This document shows, piece by piece, positions 48,267-57,459 of a stretch of 64,000 nucleotides of DNA. Within the stretch, counting starts at the first letter, position 1, and the number at the start of each line of letters is the position of its first letter. The stretch covers positions 1 to 64,000 of the forward strand of contig CAZFHY010000004.1 of assembly GCA_964519305.1 (NCBI GenBank), given 5' to 3'. A program made the translations under genes and the position numbers. This stretch comes from Candidatus Undinarchaeota archaeon (GTDB taxonomy: Archaea > SpSt-1190 > JASMDC01). The notes under the pieces were generated by a model. It searched no databases and was not told where the DNA came from. It worked only from the letters and a program-made list of their open reading frames with translations.

Positions 48267-50006
48267 TTACGCCGAGGGACGGATCCGGTAGACCGTCACT
48301 TTCTCGAGCCAGTGAGCTACACCCCGGGGGGTCGCAAGACCGCTCTGCACGGGCTCGAGCGTGAGGTCCGGATCTTCAAGGATGAGCCGACATTTCTCAT
48401 CAGTGCACGCCCTCGTCTCGTAGTAGTACATACACTCGCCCGCCATCACTCGGGGCTTCACTCTCTCCGCCCATTGCAGGTAGAGCACAGGCACGTTCCA
48501 AAGGTAGGTCACCGCGAATGGTCGCTCGGTCACCACCGTGCATTCACCTACGCGGTCGCTCATGAGCCTGGCCACCTCCCCCTCGAACGCTATGGCCTCG
48601 CGGACTTGTGCGTTGACGCCCACGGTTCTGATTCCGGCGATACCTGGTCGGGGGAGCATCACGGCAGCATACACGAGGACGACGATGGCAAGGGCCCGAA
48701 CCCACCGGTCGCTCGATAGGAATCCCAAGCCCGCCATTGCCAGGGGGATGAGGACAATATGGATGGTCCTGAGCGCTGTCCGGTACCCGTCGGCAATATC
48801 CTCCTGACCGAATCCGGGTGAGTAGGCATAGGGGATGTAGGCGAGGAGAGAGAGCACCAAGATCCCGGGAACGAGCCACCGTCGGTCAGGATCGAGACCG
48901 CGGGCGAGATGACGGGCCCCTAATACCGCGAGGACCACGAAGGGTACGGTCACGTTGATGGTGTATCGCGGATCGTAGGGGAACGAATGTAGGAGGTAGA
49001 TCGCCAGCCTGCCAGTGAACCATAGACCTATGGTCAGGGCCACCCTATGACGGGGAGCGACCAGCGCCAAGAGCACCAGTGCAGGGATCAGGAGAGGTAT
49101 GTACCAGGCGTTGATCCAGATGGCCAGGTAGCCTGCGTTCCCGGTGATGAAGCTGGGAGAGAAGTGGCGTGCCAATCCGCGCCCATCGGGGTACCACATC
49201 CCGCTCAACTCATAGGTTGTGAGATGTGATGGAAGGGCCGCGATGTGGGGGATCACGAGGGCGAGGCCCACGACCAAGGCCATCACAGGAATAGGCGGGC
49301 GGCGGCGGCGGGCGAGAACGAGGGCGGCCATGACGAGGATGATGACCGGGTTCTCGGGGCGCATCTGAACGTACACGGCGGTGGACGCGGCCCAGAGGAG
49401 AGCGGTCCACCGATCCCCGCGTCGCATCCAGGCCAGGCACGCCCAGAGGGCCAGAAGCTCCACTGCGACCGAGGGGACCTCGTTGCGCACCATGAGTGAG
49501 TATGTAACATTGAGGGGCATCAGCGCCACGAGCAGTGCAGCGAGCACCGCAGGTCCCTCGCGGCGGAGGAGAGCATGTACGAACAGGAACGCGAGGGGGA
49601 CAGAGGCCACGGACGTTGCCACGGTGACCGCAAGTGCTGCTGGATCCGATATACCAAAGAGGAAGAAGGACAGCGCGATGAGGAAGGGATATCCGGCGGT
49701 GTAGAATGGGAAGTTCTCGCGACATGAGCCCGGCATCCCGTCCAGGCAGTAGCCGGTCCTGTGGTCAAGAAGGATACCGCGCCCCTGCTCCATGTTCGTC
49801 CAACCCACCATCCAGGGGGGAGCTATGGCGGGCGCGAGCACACGGACCGCCAGAGCGAGGATGGTGAACACGATCACGGTGCGCCAGGCGCTCAGGGACA
49901 CATCGGAGTGGAGCCGACGCAGCCGGTGGCGTGCACCGGCGAGGGCAAGGCATACCAAACCCCATCCTAGCGAGAGTGCTACCGTCTGTGACCACAGGAT
50001 GTCCAT
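48267..50006 (-). CDS. GT-C membrane glycosyltransferase (ArnT/PMT family)
   Basis: More than 10 TM segments; GYP.L, A.LVA.MP...YS....E, RPE. Confidence 0.78.
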   Translation of the reverse strand: MDILWSQTVALSLGWGLVCLALAGARHRLRRLHSDVSLSAWRTVIVFTILALAVRVLAPAIAPPWMVGWTNMEQGRGILLDHRTGYCLDGMPGSCRENFPFYTAGYPFLIALSFFLFGISDPAALAVTVATSVASVPLAFLFVHALLRREGPAVLAALLVALMPLNVTYSLMVRNEVPSVAVELLALWACLAWMRRGDRWTALLWAASTAVYVQMRPENPVIILVMAALVLARRRRPPIPVMALVVGLALVIPHIAALPSHLTTYELSGMWYPDGRGLARHFSPSFITGNAGYLAIWINAWYIPLLIPALVLLALVAPRHRVALTIGLWFTGRLAIYLLHSFPYDPRYTINVTVPFVVLAVLGARHLARGLDPDRRWLVPGILVLSLLAYIPYAYSPGFGQEDIADGYRTALRTIHIVLIPLAMAGLGFLSSDRWVRALAIVVLVYAAVMLPRPGIAGIRTVGVNAQVREAIAFEGEVARLMSDRVGECTVVTERPFAVTYLWNVPVLYLQWAERVKPRVMAGECMYYYETRACTDEKCRLILEDPDLTLEPVQSGLATPRGVAHWLEKVTVYRIRPSA

Positions 50007-50072
50007 AACCAACTAAGCATAAGAGGACACGCGCAAGCTTAAATGGTTTGGCGGGAAGTGCAATAGGGTCCC

Positions 50073-51089
50073 ATGTCCACAATCTCCGTCGTCATCCCTG
50101 TCTACAACGGGGCCGCCACCCTCGGTGCCTGCCTCAAGGCACTGATCGGATCTGATATCGGCGACGACGTACTGGAGATTATCGTCGTGGACGACGGCTC
50201 GACCGATGGCTCGGCCGATCTGGCCGAAGGCCTTGGAGTACGTGTCGTACGACTGGATCGTAACAGTGGACCTGCGACCGCACGGAACCACGGCGCTATC
50301 GAGTCCTCGGGCGATGTTGTGGTGTTCGTGGACACCGACATGCAGGTCAAACAAGGGACCATCGCAGCCCTTGCCGAGCGCGTGAAGGATCAGTCCATCG
50401 GGGCAGTGTTCTGTCCGTACGATCCCATGACCGAGTACGACAGCCGGTTCGCCACCTTCGTCAACCTACTCTATTGCTACTGGTTCTCTAACCATCCTGT
50501 CGACTCGAACGTGCTCGTCGGATCGGTCATGGCCATGCGGCGGGAGGTGTTCGAGTCGAACCGTTTCGACGAGTGCTTCGATCGAGCCTCGGTCGAGGAC
50601 ATCGAGCTCGGATGGGCCCTTCTCTCCCGGGGATTACGGATCGTGCTCGCAAAGGATCTCCCCGTTAGCAATATCGATGAAGTGGCCCCTATGAAGTTCT
50701 GGCGGAGCCGGTACCATATCGACAGGTGCTGGATAAAGGCGTACCTCCGCCATCTTTCTGAGCAGGGAAACTCATTCCGGCCCTTCAATGCATTCTACCA
50801 CCCTGTGAACGTTGTGCTGCTCACGTGCTTCCTGCTCTTGATTGTCATCAGCGTTACAGGCGTCATCCCTACCCGGATCCTTGCTATCGTAGGCCCCGTC
50901 ATCGTCATCTGGAACCTCCCATTTCTCGCGTTCGCCTTACGTTATACAGAACCCCAAATCGCGGTACTGTCATTACTGCACGCGTTATCGTTCCCGCTCA
51001 TCCACGTCTCAGGCCTGACGGTCGGAATCCTACAATGGATCGCTGGTGACCGGATCCCCTGCGAACGGGATGCCGCTCCGGCAGAGTAG
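50073..51089 (+). CDS. GT2 glycosyltransferase with C-terminal TMs
   Basis: SVVIPVYN, VVDDGSTD, ARN.G, FVDTD, EDIELG. Confidence 0.92.
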   Translation: MSTISVVIPVYNGAATLGACLKALIGSDIGDDVLEIIVVDDGSTDGSADLAEGLGVRVVRLDRNSGPATARNHGAIESSGDVVVFVDTDMQVKQGTIAALAERVKDQSIGAVFCPYDPMTEYDSRFATFVNLLYCYWFSNHPVDSNVLVGSVMAMRREVFESNRFDECFDRASVEDIELGWALLSRGLRIVLAKDLPVSNIDEVAPMKFWRSRYHIDRCWIKAYLRHLSEQGNSFRPFNAFYHPVNVVLLTCFLLLIVISVTGVIPTRILAIVGPVIVIWNLPFLAFALRYTEPQIAVLSLLHALSFPLIHVSGLTVGILQWIAGDRIPCERDAAPAE

Positions 51090-51123
51090 TTTTTTAAGCT
51101 ATCCCCGACCGATGACATCTCCC

Positions 51124-52971
51124 ATGTGCGGCATCATCGGCTACATCGGACCACGTCAGGCCGTGCCCCTGGTGGTGGGGGGGCTCGACAAGCTCGCCTA
51201 TCGAGGGTACGACTCCGCGGGCGTGGCCGTCGTCGGTGAACGCGGACTGGCTCTTTGTCGGAGCGTGGGGAAGCTAGAGAACCTGAAGGAGAAGCTCAAG
51301 GACTGCCCCCTCCCTGGTACCGTGGCCATCGGCCACACGCGCTGGGCCACCCATGGCAAACCTTCCGAGATCAACGCCCACCCCCACACGGACTGCACGG
51401 GAGGTCTGGTCGTCGTACACAACGGTATCATCGAGAATTACATGAGCCTCCGCAACGAGCTCGTGGCCGAGGGGCATACCTTCGATTCCGAGACAGATAC
51501 CGAGATCATCGCCCACCTCATCGAGCGCTACCACGCCGACCATCCTCTGGACGAGGCCGTACGCTCAGCTCTTGCGCACGTAGAGGGAGCCTATGCCATC
51601 GCTGTCATCTCCTCCAAGGAGCCAGATCGCATCGTCTCTGCGCGATATGGTTCTGCAGGAGGTATCGTTGTAGGTCTCGGTAAGAACGAGGTATTCCTTG
51701 CCTCTGATGCAATCGGCATCCTCGAGCATACACGTCGCCTTATCTTCCTCGCCAACCGACAGATGGTAGTACTCTCGGCCGATGAGGTGGAGGTGACCGA
51801 CCTCCAGGGCGAACCGGTGGACGCTGATATCAAGACGGTCTCCTGGGATCCTCTAATGGCCGCCAAGGGAGAGTACAAGCATTTCATGCTCAAAGAGATC
51901 TTCGAACAACCAAGGGCCGTCATCGACACGATAGGTGGTCGCGTGGAGCACGAACCTCCCGGCGTGTATCTTGAGGACGTCACCCTCTCGGAGGACGAAG
52001 CGAAGGGGATCGAGCGAGTGCTCATCCTCGCCTGCGGTACCTCCTGGCATGCAGGTACTGTCGGGAAGTTCCTTATCGAGTCCCTGGTCCGAATCCCAGT
52101 TGAGGTCGACTACGCTTCGGAGTTCCGCTATCGTGACCATGTGGTGGACGATCGTACCCTGGTCATCGCCATCACCCAGTCAGGAGAGACTGCTGACACG
52201 CTCGCGGCGATGGACGCTGCAGCCGACGAGGGTGGGAAGATCGTCACCATCTGTAACGTCATCGGGAGCATGGCAACGCGAAAGTCGACCCATGGAGTGG
52301 TCTACACCCACGCGGGACCAGAGATCGGGGTCGCTTCCACCAAGGCGTTCACGTCCCAGATCGCCGCTCTCTATCTGCTCACGCTGTACTTGGGCGGTAC
52401 AAAGGGTACGCTCTCACAGGACAGGCTTGCCACGCTCATCAGGGAGCTGGAAGAGCTCCCCCGCCGCATTAGTGACGTGCTAGAGAGGACGGACATCTAC
52501 ACGATGCTCGCGCACCGGTACGAGGGTGTTGAGGATTTCCTCTACCTTGGACGTGGTATCAACTATCCTATCGCACTTGAAGGGGCGCTGAAGCTCAAGG
52601 AGATATCCTATATCCACGCCGAGGGATACCCTGCTGGTGAGATGAAGCACGGCCCGATCGCATTGATCACCGATGAGATGCCTGTTGTTGTTGTCGTCCC
52701 CCTCGAGCGGGATCCCCTCCGAGGTAAGGTCCTGAGCAATATGCAGGAGGTCCTGGCCCGTGAAGGTAAGGTCATTGCGGTGGTCCCTGGTGGATTGGAT
52801 GACCTTCCCGAGGGCGTGGACACCATCATCCCCGTGCCGTCGACATCCCCGCTCCTCTACCCCATCCTCGCGGTCATACCTCTGCAGCTACTATCCTATT
52901 ATATCGCAGTACGCAGAGGCTGCGATGTAGACCAGCCCAGGAACCTGGCCAAGAGCGTCACCGTGGAATAG
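51124..52971 (+). CDS. glmS: Glutamine-fructose-6-phosphate aminotransferase
   Basis: MCGIIG, YRGYDSAG, GHTRWATHG, QSGETADT, EGALKLKE, PRNLAKSVTVE. Confidence 0.98.
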   Translation: MCGIIGYIGPRQAVPLVVGGLDKLAYRGYDSAGVAVVGERGLALCRSVGKLENLKEKLKDCPLPGTVAIGHTRWATHGKPSEINAHPHTDCTGGLVVVHNGIIENYMSLRNELVAEGHTFDSETDTEIIAHLIERYHADHPLDEAVRSALAHVEGAYAIAVISSKEPDRIVSARYGSAGGIVVGLGKNEVFLASDAIGILEHTRRLIFLANRQMVVLSADEVEVTDLQGEPVDADIKTVSWDPLMAAKGEYKHFMLKEIFEQPRAVIDTIGGRVEHEPPGVYLEDVTLSEDEAKGIERVLILACGTSWHAGTVGKFLIESLVRIPVEVDYASEFRYRDHVVDDRTLVIAITQSGETADTLAAMDAAADEGGKIVTICNVIGSMATRKSTHGVVYTHAGPEIGVASTKAFTSQIAALYLLTLYLGGTKGTLSQDRLATLIRELEELPRRISDVLERTDIYTMLAHRYEGVEDFLYLGRGINYPIALEGALKLKEISYIHAEGYPAGEMKHGPIALITDEMPVVVVVPLERDPLRGKVLSNMQEVLAREGKVIAVVPGGLDDLPEGVDTIIPVPSTSPLLYPILAVIPLQLLSYYIAVRRGCDVDQPRNLAKSVTVE

Positions 52972-53062
52972 AGTGCTCACCTAATGAAAAAACCATATAA
53001 GGGCTCGATAAGTAGCTTTTTAAACCATTAACAACAATTATTCTTTCACACAGGTGGCATCC

Positions 53063-53401
53063 ATGGAAGACCGAATGCGTATGTCCAAGGTCTACAGTCT
53101 GGCCATTTCCGGAATCCTCCTATTGGCGTTCCTCATCGGGTCCGTTTACGTACCCATGGGCGCGTTCGAGCCGGCAGAATTCCTGGCTGTTCTGGAGACC
53201 AATGCCTTCATCACGGGGCTGATCTTCTATATCACGATCCTCGCCGCCGTGACGCTCGGGCTCGCGTCTATGATTTACGAGTTCGAGTTGACACAGGATA
53301 GGATCATCGATGCCCAGCATCGCATCCTGTCCAAACTCGACGAGATCGTGGAGAAGACAACTCCCCCGGCCAAGCCGGAGAAGAAGAAGGATAAGAAGTA
53401 A
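53063..53401 (+). CDS. Small 2-TM membrane protein, paralog 1
   Basis: FYITILAAVTLGLA motif shared with both neighbours; own TATA box. Confidence 0.8.
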   Translation: MEDRMRMSKVYSLAISGILLLAFLIGSVYVPMGAFEPAEFLAVLETNAFITGLIFYITILAAVTLGLASMIYEFELTQDRIIDAQHRILSKLDEIVEKTTPPAKPEKKKDKK

Positions 53402-53569
53402 GCGTTTACCTGCGGGGAACGCACAAAAAACATCAGGTCGTCGCCCACGGCGTTTGGCGTCGTGGGCGATGCCTACTCTTTCTATGGATCTCTCTAGATA
53501 CCACGTCTCTCTGCGGCCGGTGGTAGTTTTTTAAAACGTGATGGCTTATCCGGCCCCAAGTGAGTACCC

Positions 53570-53878
53570 ATGGATGAGAATACGAAGACATCGACGCTCT
53601 ATTGTCAAGCGGTCGCCGGTATAATCCTGGTGGTCCTGATCATCGGAGCGCTGATCCTACCCATTACGAGCTTCGACCCGCTCCAGTATATTGCGGTCCT
53701 TCAGACCAATGAGTTCATCGCAGCCCTGCTCTTCTACATCACGATCCTCGCAGCTGTGACCCTCGGGCTCGCTGCCGTGATCTATGAGCTTGAGCAGGCC
53801 GAAGAGAAGTTACTCTGCAAGTTCGACAAGATGGCCGAGATGCACAAGGCCCCCGTCGAGAAGAAGGAGAAGAAATAA
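53570..53878 (+). CDS. Small 2-TM membrane protein, paralog 2
   Basis: FYITILAAVTLGLA motif; own TATA box (TTTTTAAA ~53529). Confidence 0.8.
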   Translation: MDENTKTSTLYCQAVAGIILVVLIIGALILPITSFDPLQYIAVLQTNEFIAALLFYITILAAVTLGLAAVIYELEQAEEKLLCKFDKMAEMHKAPVEKKEKK

Positions 53879-53934
53879 CTTCTTTGGCGCAAGCGATATA
53901 AAGCTTAGATGTCGTCGCCCGTGACGTGATCGCC

Positions 53935-54258
53935 ATGGGCGACAAGATACTCATGTCCAAGTTGTACAGTATCGCCATCTCAGCGATACTTATAGTGTCC
54001 TTCGTGATAGGATCAGGTTTCATCGCACCTATGTCCGACGATTCGGGAAGCTTGGAGGCGAGCCTTCAGGTCAACTCCTTCGCCCTCTCTCTGGTGTTCT
54101 ACATAACGGTGCTCGCCGCGATCACCTTGGGAATCGCCTCGCACCTGTATATCTTCGAACAGGGCCAGGAGCGTATGCTCGATGAGCTGCATACTATCGT
54201 TCGTAACACCTCACAGCTCCGTCTCTATGAGAACACAAACCCCAAAGGGAAAGAGTAG
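53935..54258 (+). CDS. Small 2-TM membrane protein, paralog 3
   Basis: FYITVLAAITLGIA motif; TATA box (ATATAAA ~53896). Confidence 0.8.
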   Translation: MGDKILMSKLYSIAISAILIVSFVIGSGFIAPMSDDSGSLEASLQVNSFALSLVFYITVLAAITLGIASHLYIFEQGQERMLDELHTIVRNTSQLRLYENTNPKGKE

Positions 54259-55218
54259 ATGACCGACGACCTGCTCAGTGCTCTGGAATCTGATATCCTG
54301 GCGCAGCCCAAGCTACTGAGCGCTACTCTAGACCTATCGGGGTGGGATCCTGGTGAAGGCTATGACCGTATCCTCTTCACCGGATGCGGTGACTCATACC
54401 ATGCTGCCATAGCGGCAGCTCATGTGGCGGGTGGCCAGGCCGTAGAGCCGCACGACATCCTCTGCAATCCCGCTCCATTGGAGAATGGACGCGTGCTCCT
54501 TGTAGCGATCTCAAACTCGGGTAAGGTCCGCACGACGTTCCATGCGGCTGCTCTCGCACGTGAACGAGGGGCTCGGGTCGTCGCTGTCACGTCCCGCACG
54601 GACTCGCCCCTGGCACAAGCCTCCGACATGGTGGCACGACTCCCAAGACGCGCATCGGACCGACCGCTCCCAGGGATGTCTTCCTATCTCACGAGCATGC
54701 TCGCCGCCATGATGCCTTTCTTACGGGAGCGTGACCGTGAAAAGGCCCCCGATCTCGTCACCGCGTCCCTGGATACGACGGTACCGGACCTCGCTCCCGG
54801 CCCATGCTGTCTGGTCGGTGCGCTCCAGAACCGCGCAACGGCCCTTTATAGCGCAGCAAAGCTCGCGGAAGTGACAGGAGATGTCGCCCTTGCCTGTCAC
54901 ACGGAGGAGTTTTGCCATGTGGAACTCTTCCTCATGGACAGAACAAAGCCTATCGTTCTCTTCCCCTCTGCTTCTGACAACAAGGTCACGAAGCTGCATG
55001 CTGCCCTGCGACAACGGGGATTCACGTCCACCATGATCGGGTCAGGTCCTGAGTGCGATGTCCGCCTTCCGACCACACCAGATGAACTCCTACCCCTCGT
55101 GAACTGTGTCCCCGTGCAACGTGCCGTGCTTAAGCTCGCCAAGGAAAGAGGGATATCTTCATGGAACTTCTTCGAGGATGAAGAGCGCCTCGCCATCAGC
55201 GATGACCTCATATACTGA
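54259..55218 (+). CDS. SIS domain sugar-phosphate isomerase/deaminase (GlmS C-terminal-like)
   Basis: DI..QP, GCGDSY, AISNSG, VT....SPLA, KL.E, EEFCH. Confidence 0.85.
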   Translation: MTDDLLSALESDILAQPKLLSATLDLSGWDPGEGYDRILFTGCGDSYHAAIAAAHVAGGQAVEPHDILCNPAPLENGRVLLVAISNSGKVRTTFHAAALARERGARVVAVTSRTDSPLAQASDMVARLPRRASDRPLPGMSSYLTSMLAAMMPFLRERDREKAPDLVTASLDTTVPDLAPGPCCLVGALQNRATALYSAAKLAEVTGDVALACHTEEFCHVELFLMDRTKPIVLFPSASDNKVTKLHAALRQRGFTSTMIGSGPECDVRLPTTPDELLPLVNCVPVQRAVLKLAKERGISSWNFFEDEERLAISDDLIY

Positions 55219-55219
55219 G

Positions 55220-55990
55220 GTGGTTATTCTGGCTATCAGCTCCTTACGTGTAATGATATTGGATGATCATACGCCTAGTGAGCTGCTAGCAATGGATGAA
55301 GCGCTTGCCAACTCGATAGGTTCAGGCGCATCCCCACCAACGCTCAAGCTTGCGTCATTCCCACAACCCACGGTCTCGGCGGGAAGGTTCAAGGGATCAT
55401 CTGACATCGACCTTGACGCATGCACTGATCTGGGCATCCCGGTACTTCGCAGACCCTCTGGAGGTGGTTCTGTGCTCCACAATGGCGCGTGGGACCTCAC
55501 TTATTGCGTCACAATCCCCCTTTCGAACCAACTATCCATTTCAGTGGCCCAAGGATTCGAGCAATTGTGCGCTCCAATCATCTATGCTCTCGAGGATTTC
55601 AACATTGATACCACCATGAACGAGTTCGGCGACCTCATAGTAGGACAGCGCAAGATCGCAGGAGCTGCCCAGATCCGTCGAAGGAACGCAATAGTTGTCC
55701 ACGGCTATCTCATGGTCGACACTGACCTGGAAATGCTCTATCGGGTTCTTCGAAAACCGGATGAATCGATAGTGCGAAAGGGGCTCGAGCTCCCCTCATG
55801 GGCAACAACAATGCACGCTGAAGGCATCTCCGCCTCCGCTCTCGATGTGTGGCGCTCTTTGGTCCGTGCATTTGGGGATACGATGGATCTGGAGCTTACG
55901 CCCGGTGATCCGACACGCGCCGAGCGTAGCCACTGCAAGGAACTTTCTAAGAAGTACAACTCAGAGGAATGGTCGCTCCTTAGAGGTTGA
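55220..55990 (+). CDS. lplA: Lipoate-protein ligase A family protein
   Basis: AMDEAL, RRPSGGGSVLH, KIAGAAQ, HG. Start uncertain (55220 or 55253). Confidence 0.85.
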   Translation: MVILAISSLRVMILDDHTPSELLAMDEALANSIGSGASPPTLKLASFPQPTVSAGRFKGSSDIDLDACTDLGIPVLRRPSGGGSVLHNGAWDLTYCVTIPLSNQLSISVAQGFEQLCAPIIYALEDFNIDTTMNEFGDLIVGQRKIAGAAQIRRRNAIVVHGYLMVDTDLEMLYRVLRKPDESIVRKGLELPSWATTMHAEGISASALDVWRSLVRAFGDTMDLELTPGDPTRAERSHCKELSKKYNSEEWSLLRG

Positions 55991-56549
55991 ACTTACCCAT
56001 TTCGCTCGTGATGATACGCGAGTATTTCCGGAGAAAGTGGGGTGAGATGTTCAATTGTCTGATGATGCTCTCCTGGGTCATCAGTGCATCGTTGTACTTC
56101 GCCGACACGTAGACTAGAGAGGCCGAGTAGCAGTAGAATTCATGGATGTTATAGACGTCCCTTCTTGATAGGTTCTCGTGCAACTTCATCGCAAAACGTC
56201 GAACTTGGTTCGCCATGTCGAGCTTACTACAAATCCTCTCGATGGCCGAGACCACTTGTTTGTCCTTCACTTTCGGCTCATTCCGTCGTATACCGAGTCT
56301 ATCACGGACACGAATGATGAACTTCGCTTTCACCTGGCCCAGCCCCTCGCTCTTGAGCTCGGAAGCTGATATCGCGACCCCGTACTTGTCCTTCATCAGC
56401 ACGTATGTGACTGCGGGCAGATAATATGCATAGTTACTGTTCGTGGATATGTCTTGAGCGATGTTAAGAATCTCATCAGTGTGTTCTTCAATCTGCCGCT
56501 TCCCAAGGAACTTCATCAACCGTTCCCGTGTGCGGTCACTGTCTTTCAT
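55980..56549 (-). CDS. Truncated TFB/TFIIB-like cyclin-fold protein
   Basis: IERICSKL...A.......ASLVY..A......TQ..I...L.IS...LRK matches the TFIIB repeat; no Zn ribbon. Confidence 0.72.
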   Translation of the reverse strand: MKDSDRTRERLMKFLGKRQIEEHTDEILNIAQDISTNSNYAYYLPAVTYVLMKDKYGVAISASELKSEGLGQVKAKFIIRVRDRLGIRRNEPKVKDKQVVSAIERICSKLDMANQVRRFAMKLHENLSRRDVYNIHEFYCYSASLVYVSAKYNDALMTQESIIRQLNISPHFLRKYSRIITSEMGKFNL

Positions 56550-56590
56550 GCTAATAACTACTCTGTCGTGGTACCTATAAATATCTTTCT

Positions 56591-56676
56591 TGGAACATAA
56601 TGGAACATAAAACTCCGGTTTTAGATGCTTCGTCCTTAGGTCGTATACTAGTTCTATTACGTTCCTTTATGTTTCA
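56591..56676. promoter_or_regulatory. Inverted pair of tandem 10-bp boxes (TGGAACATAA x2 ... TTACGTTCCT TTATGTTTCA)
   Basis: Directly upstream of the TATA box (~56576-56582) of the TFB-like gene. Confidence 0.55.
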
Positions 56677-56806
56677 TGAGTATTCTTCTCCATAATTACT
56701 GTGTATTTCAGCCGGATTGTCTTTATTAGTAATATTTACGCAAATTTATTCCGTTAATTTGCATTTCACGGCACCAGATACAGCGGACCCAGAGAGTCGT
56801 CCAATC

Positions 56807-57397
56807 TTAACCCAAGGGCACCCCGAGCATCAGGTTCCCGATGAAGCCCGCGATCACAGGGATCGCGAGATTATCATCTATGCGCTCAACCAGGGTCTCG
56901 ACCACGGTCGCTGCGATCGCCATGGCAAAAACGACAGCAGCAGGAAGTGCAATTGCAGGGACATATTGTCCAACAAGGATCACTGCCACGATATCCATCA
57001 CCAGTTCAGCACCGGTCCCCGCGACGGTCTTATCTTTGTAAAGGCGAGGTCCGCGAACAGCCTTCCCCACCAGAGAAGCCACCATGTCACCCAGGCTCGT
57101 CATGAGGATTACCGCACAGGCGACGGCCTTGGTATAGGTGGCCACGGCCACCAACGCACCCAGGAGGAAGAACAGCTCCGCACCCACATGTTCCGCTTCC
57201 CGCTCCCGCGCAATTGTGTGGAAGAAGGGGATGCGGACACGCAGCTCGATGCGCACGAACTCGGCCATGAGGAATCCAACAATACAGTAGACCAAGAAGG
57301 CGAGAGTAGTCTCACGACCGTACATGAGGTACACTACCGGGATAGAGAGGGTCGACAGGTGGACCACCTTGCGGGCACCCTCCCTCACGAGCTCATG
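56807..57397 (-). CDS. CTP-dependent dolichol/phytol kinase-like membrane protein
   Basis: E..RK.VH, RERE, GD..ASLVG, KT..G, DDNL.IP. Confidence 0.85.
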   Translation of the reverse strand, partial: HELVREGARKVVHLSTLSIPVVYLMYGRETTLAFLVYCIVGFLMAEFVRIELRVRIPFFHTIAREREAEHVGAELFFLLGALVAVATYTKAVACAVILMTSLGDMVASLVGKAVRGPRLYKDKTVAGTGAELVMDIVAVILVGQYVPAIALPAAVVFAMAIAATVVETLVERIDDNLAIPVIAGFIGNLMLGVPLG

Positions 57398-57459
57398 CAT
57401 ACGACACGGCATGTGCGCCAAACATTAATGAATCTACCGTCAAGCGAAGCACGTTTCGT

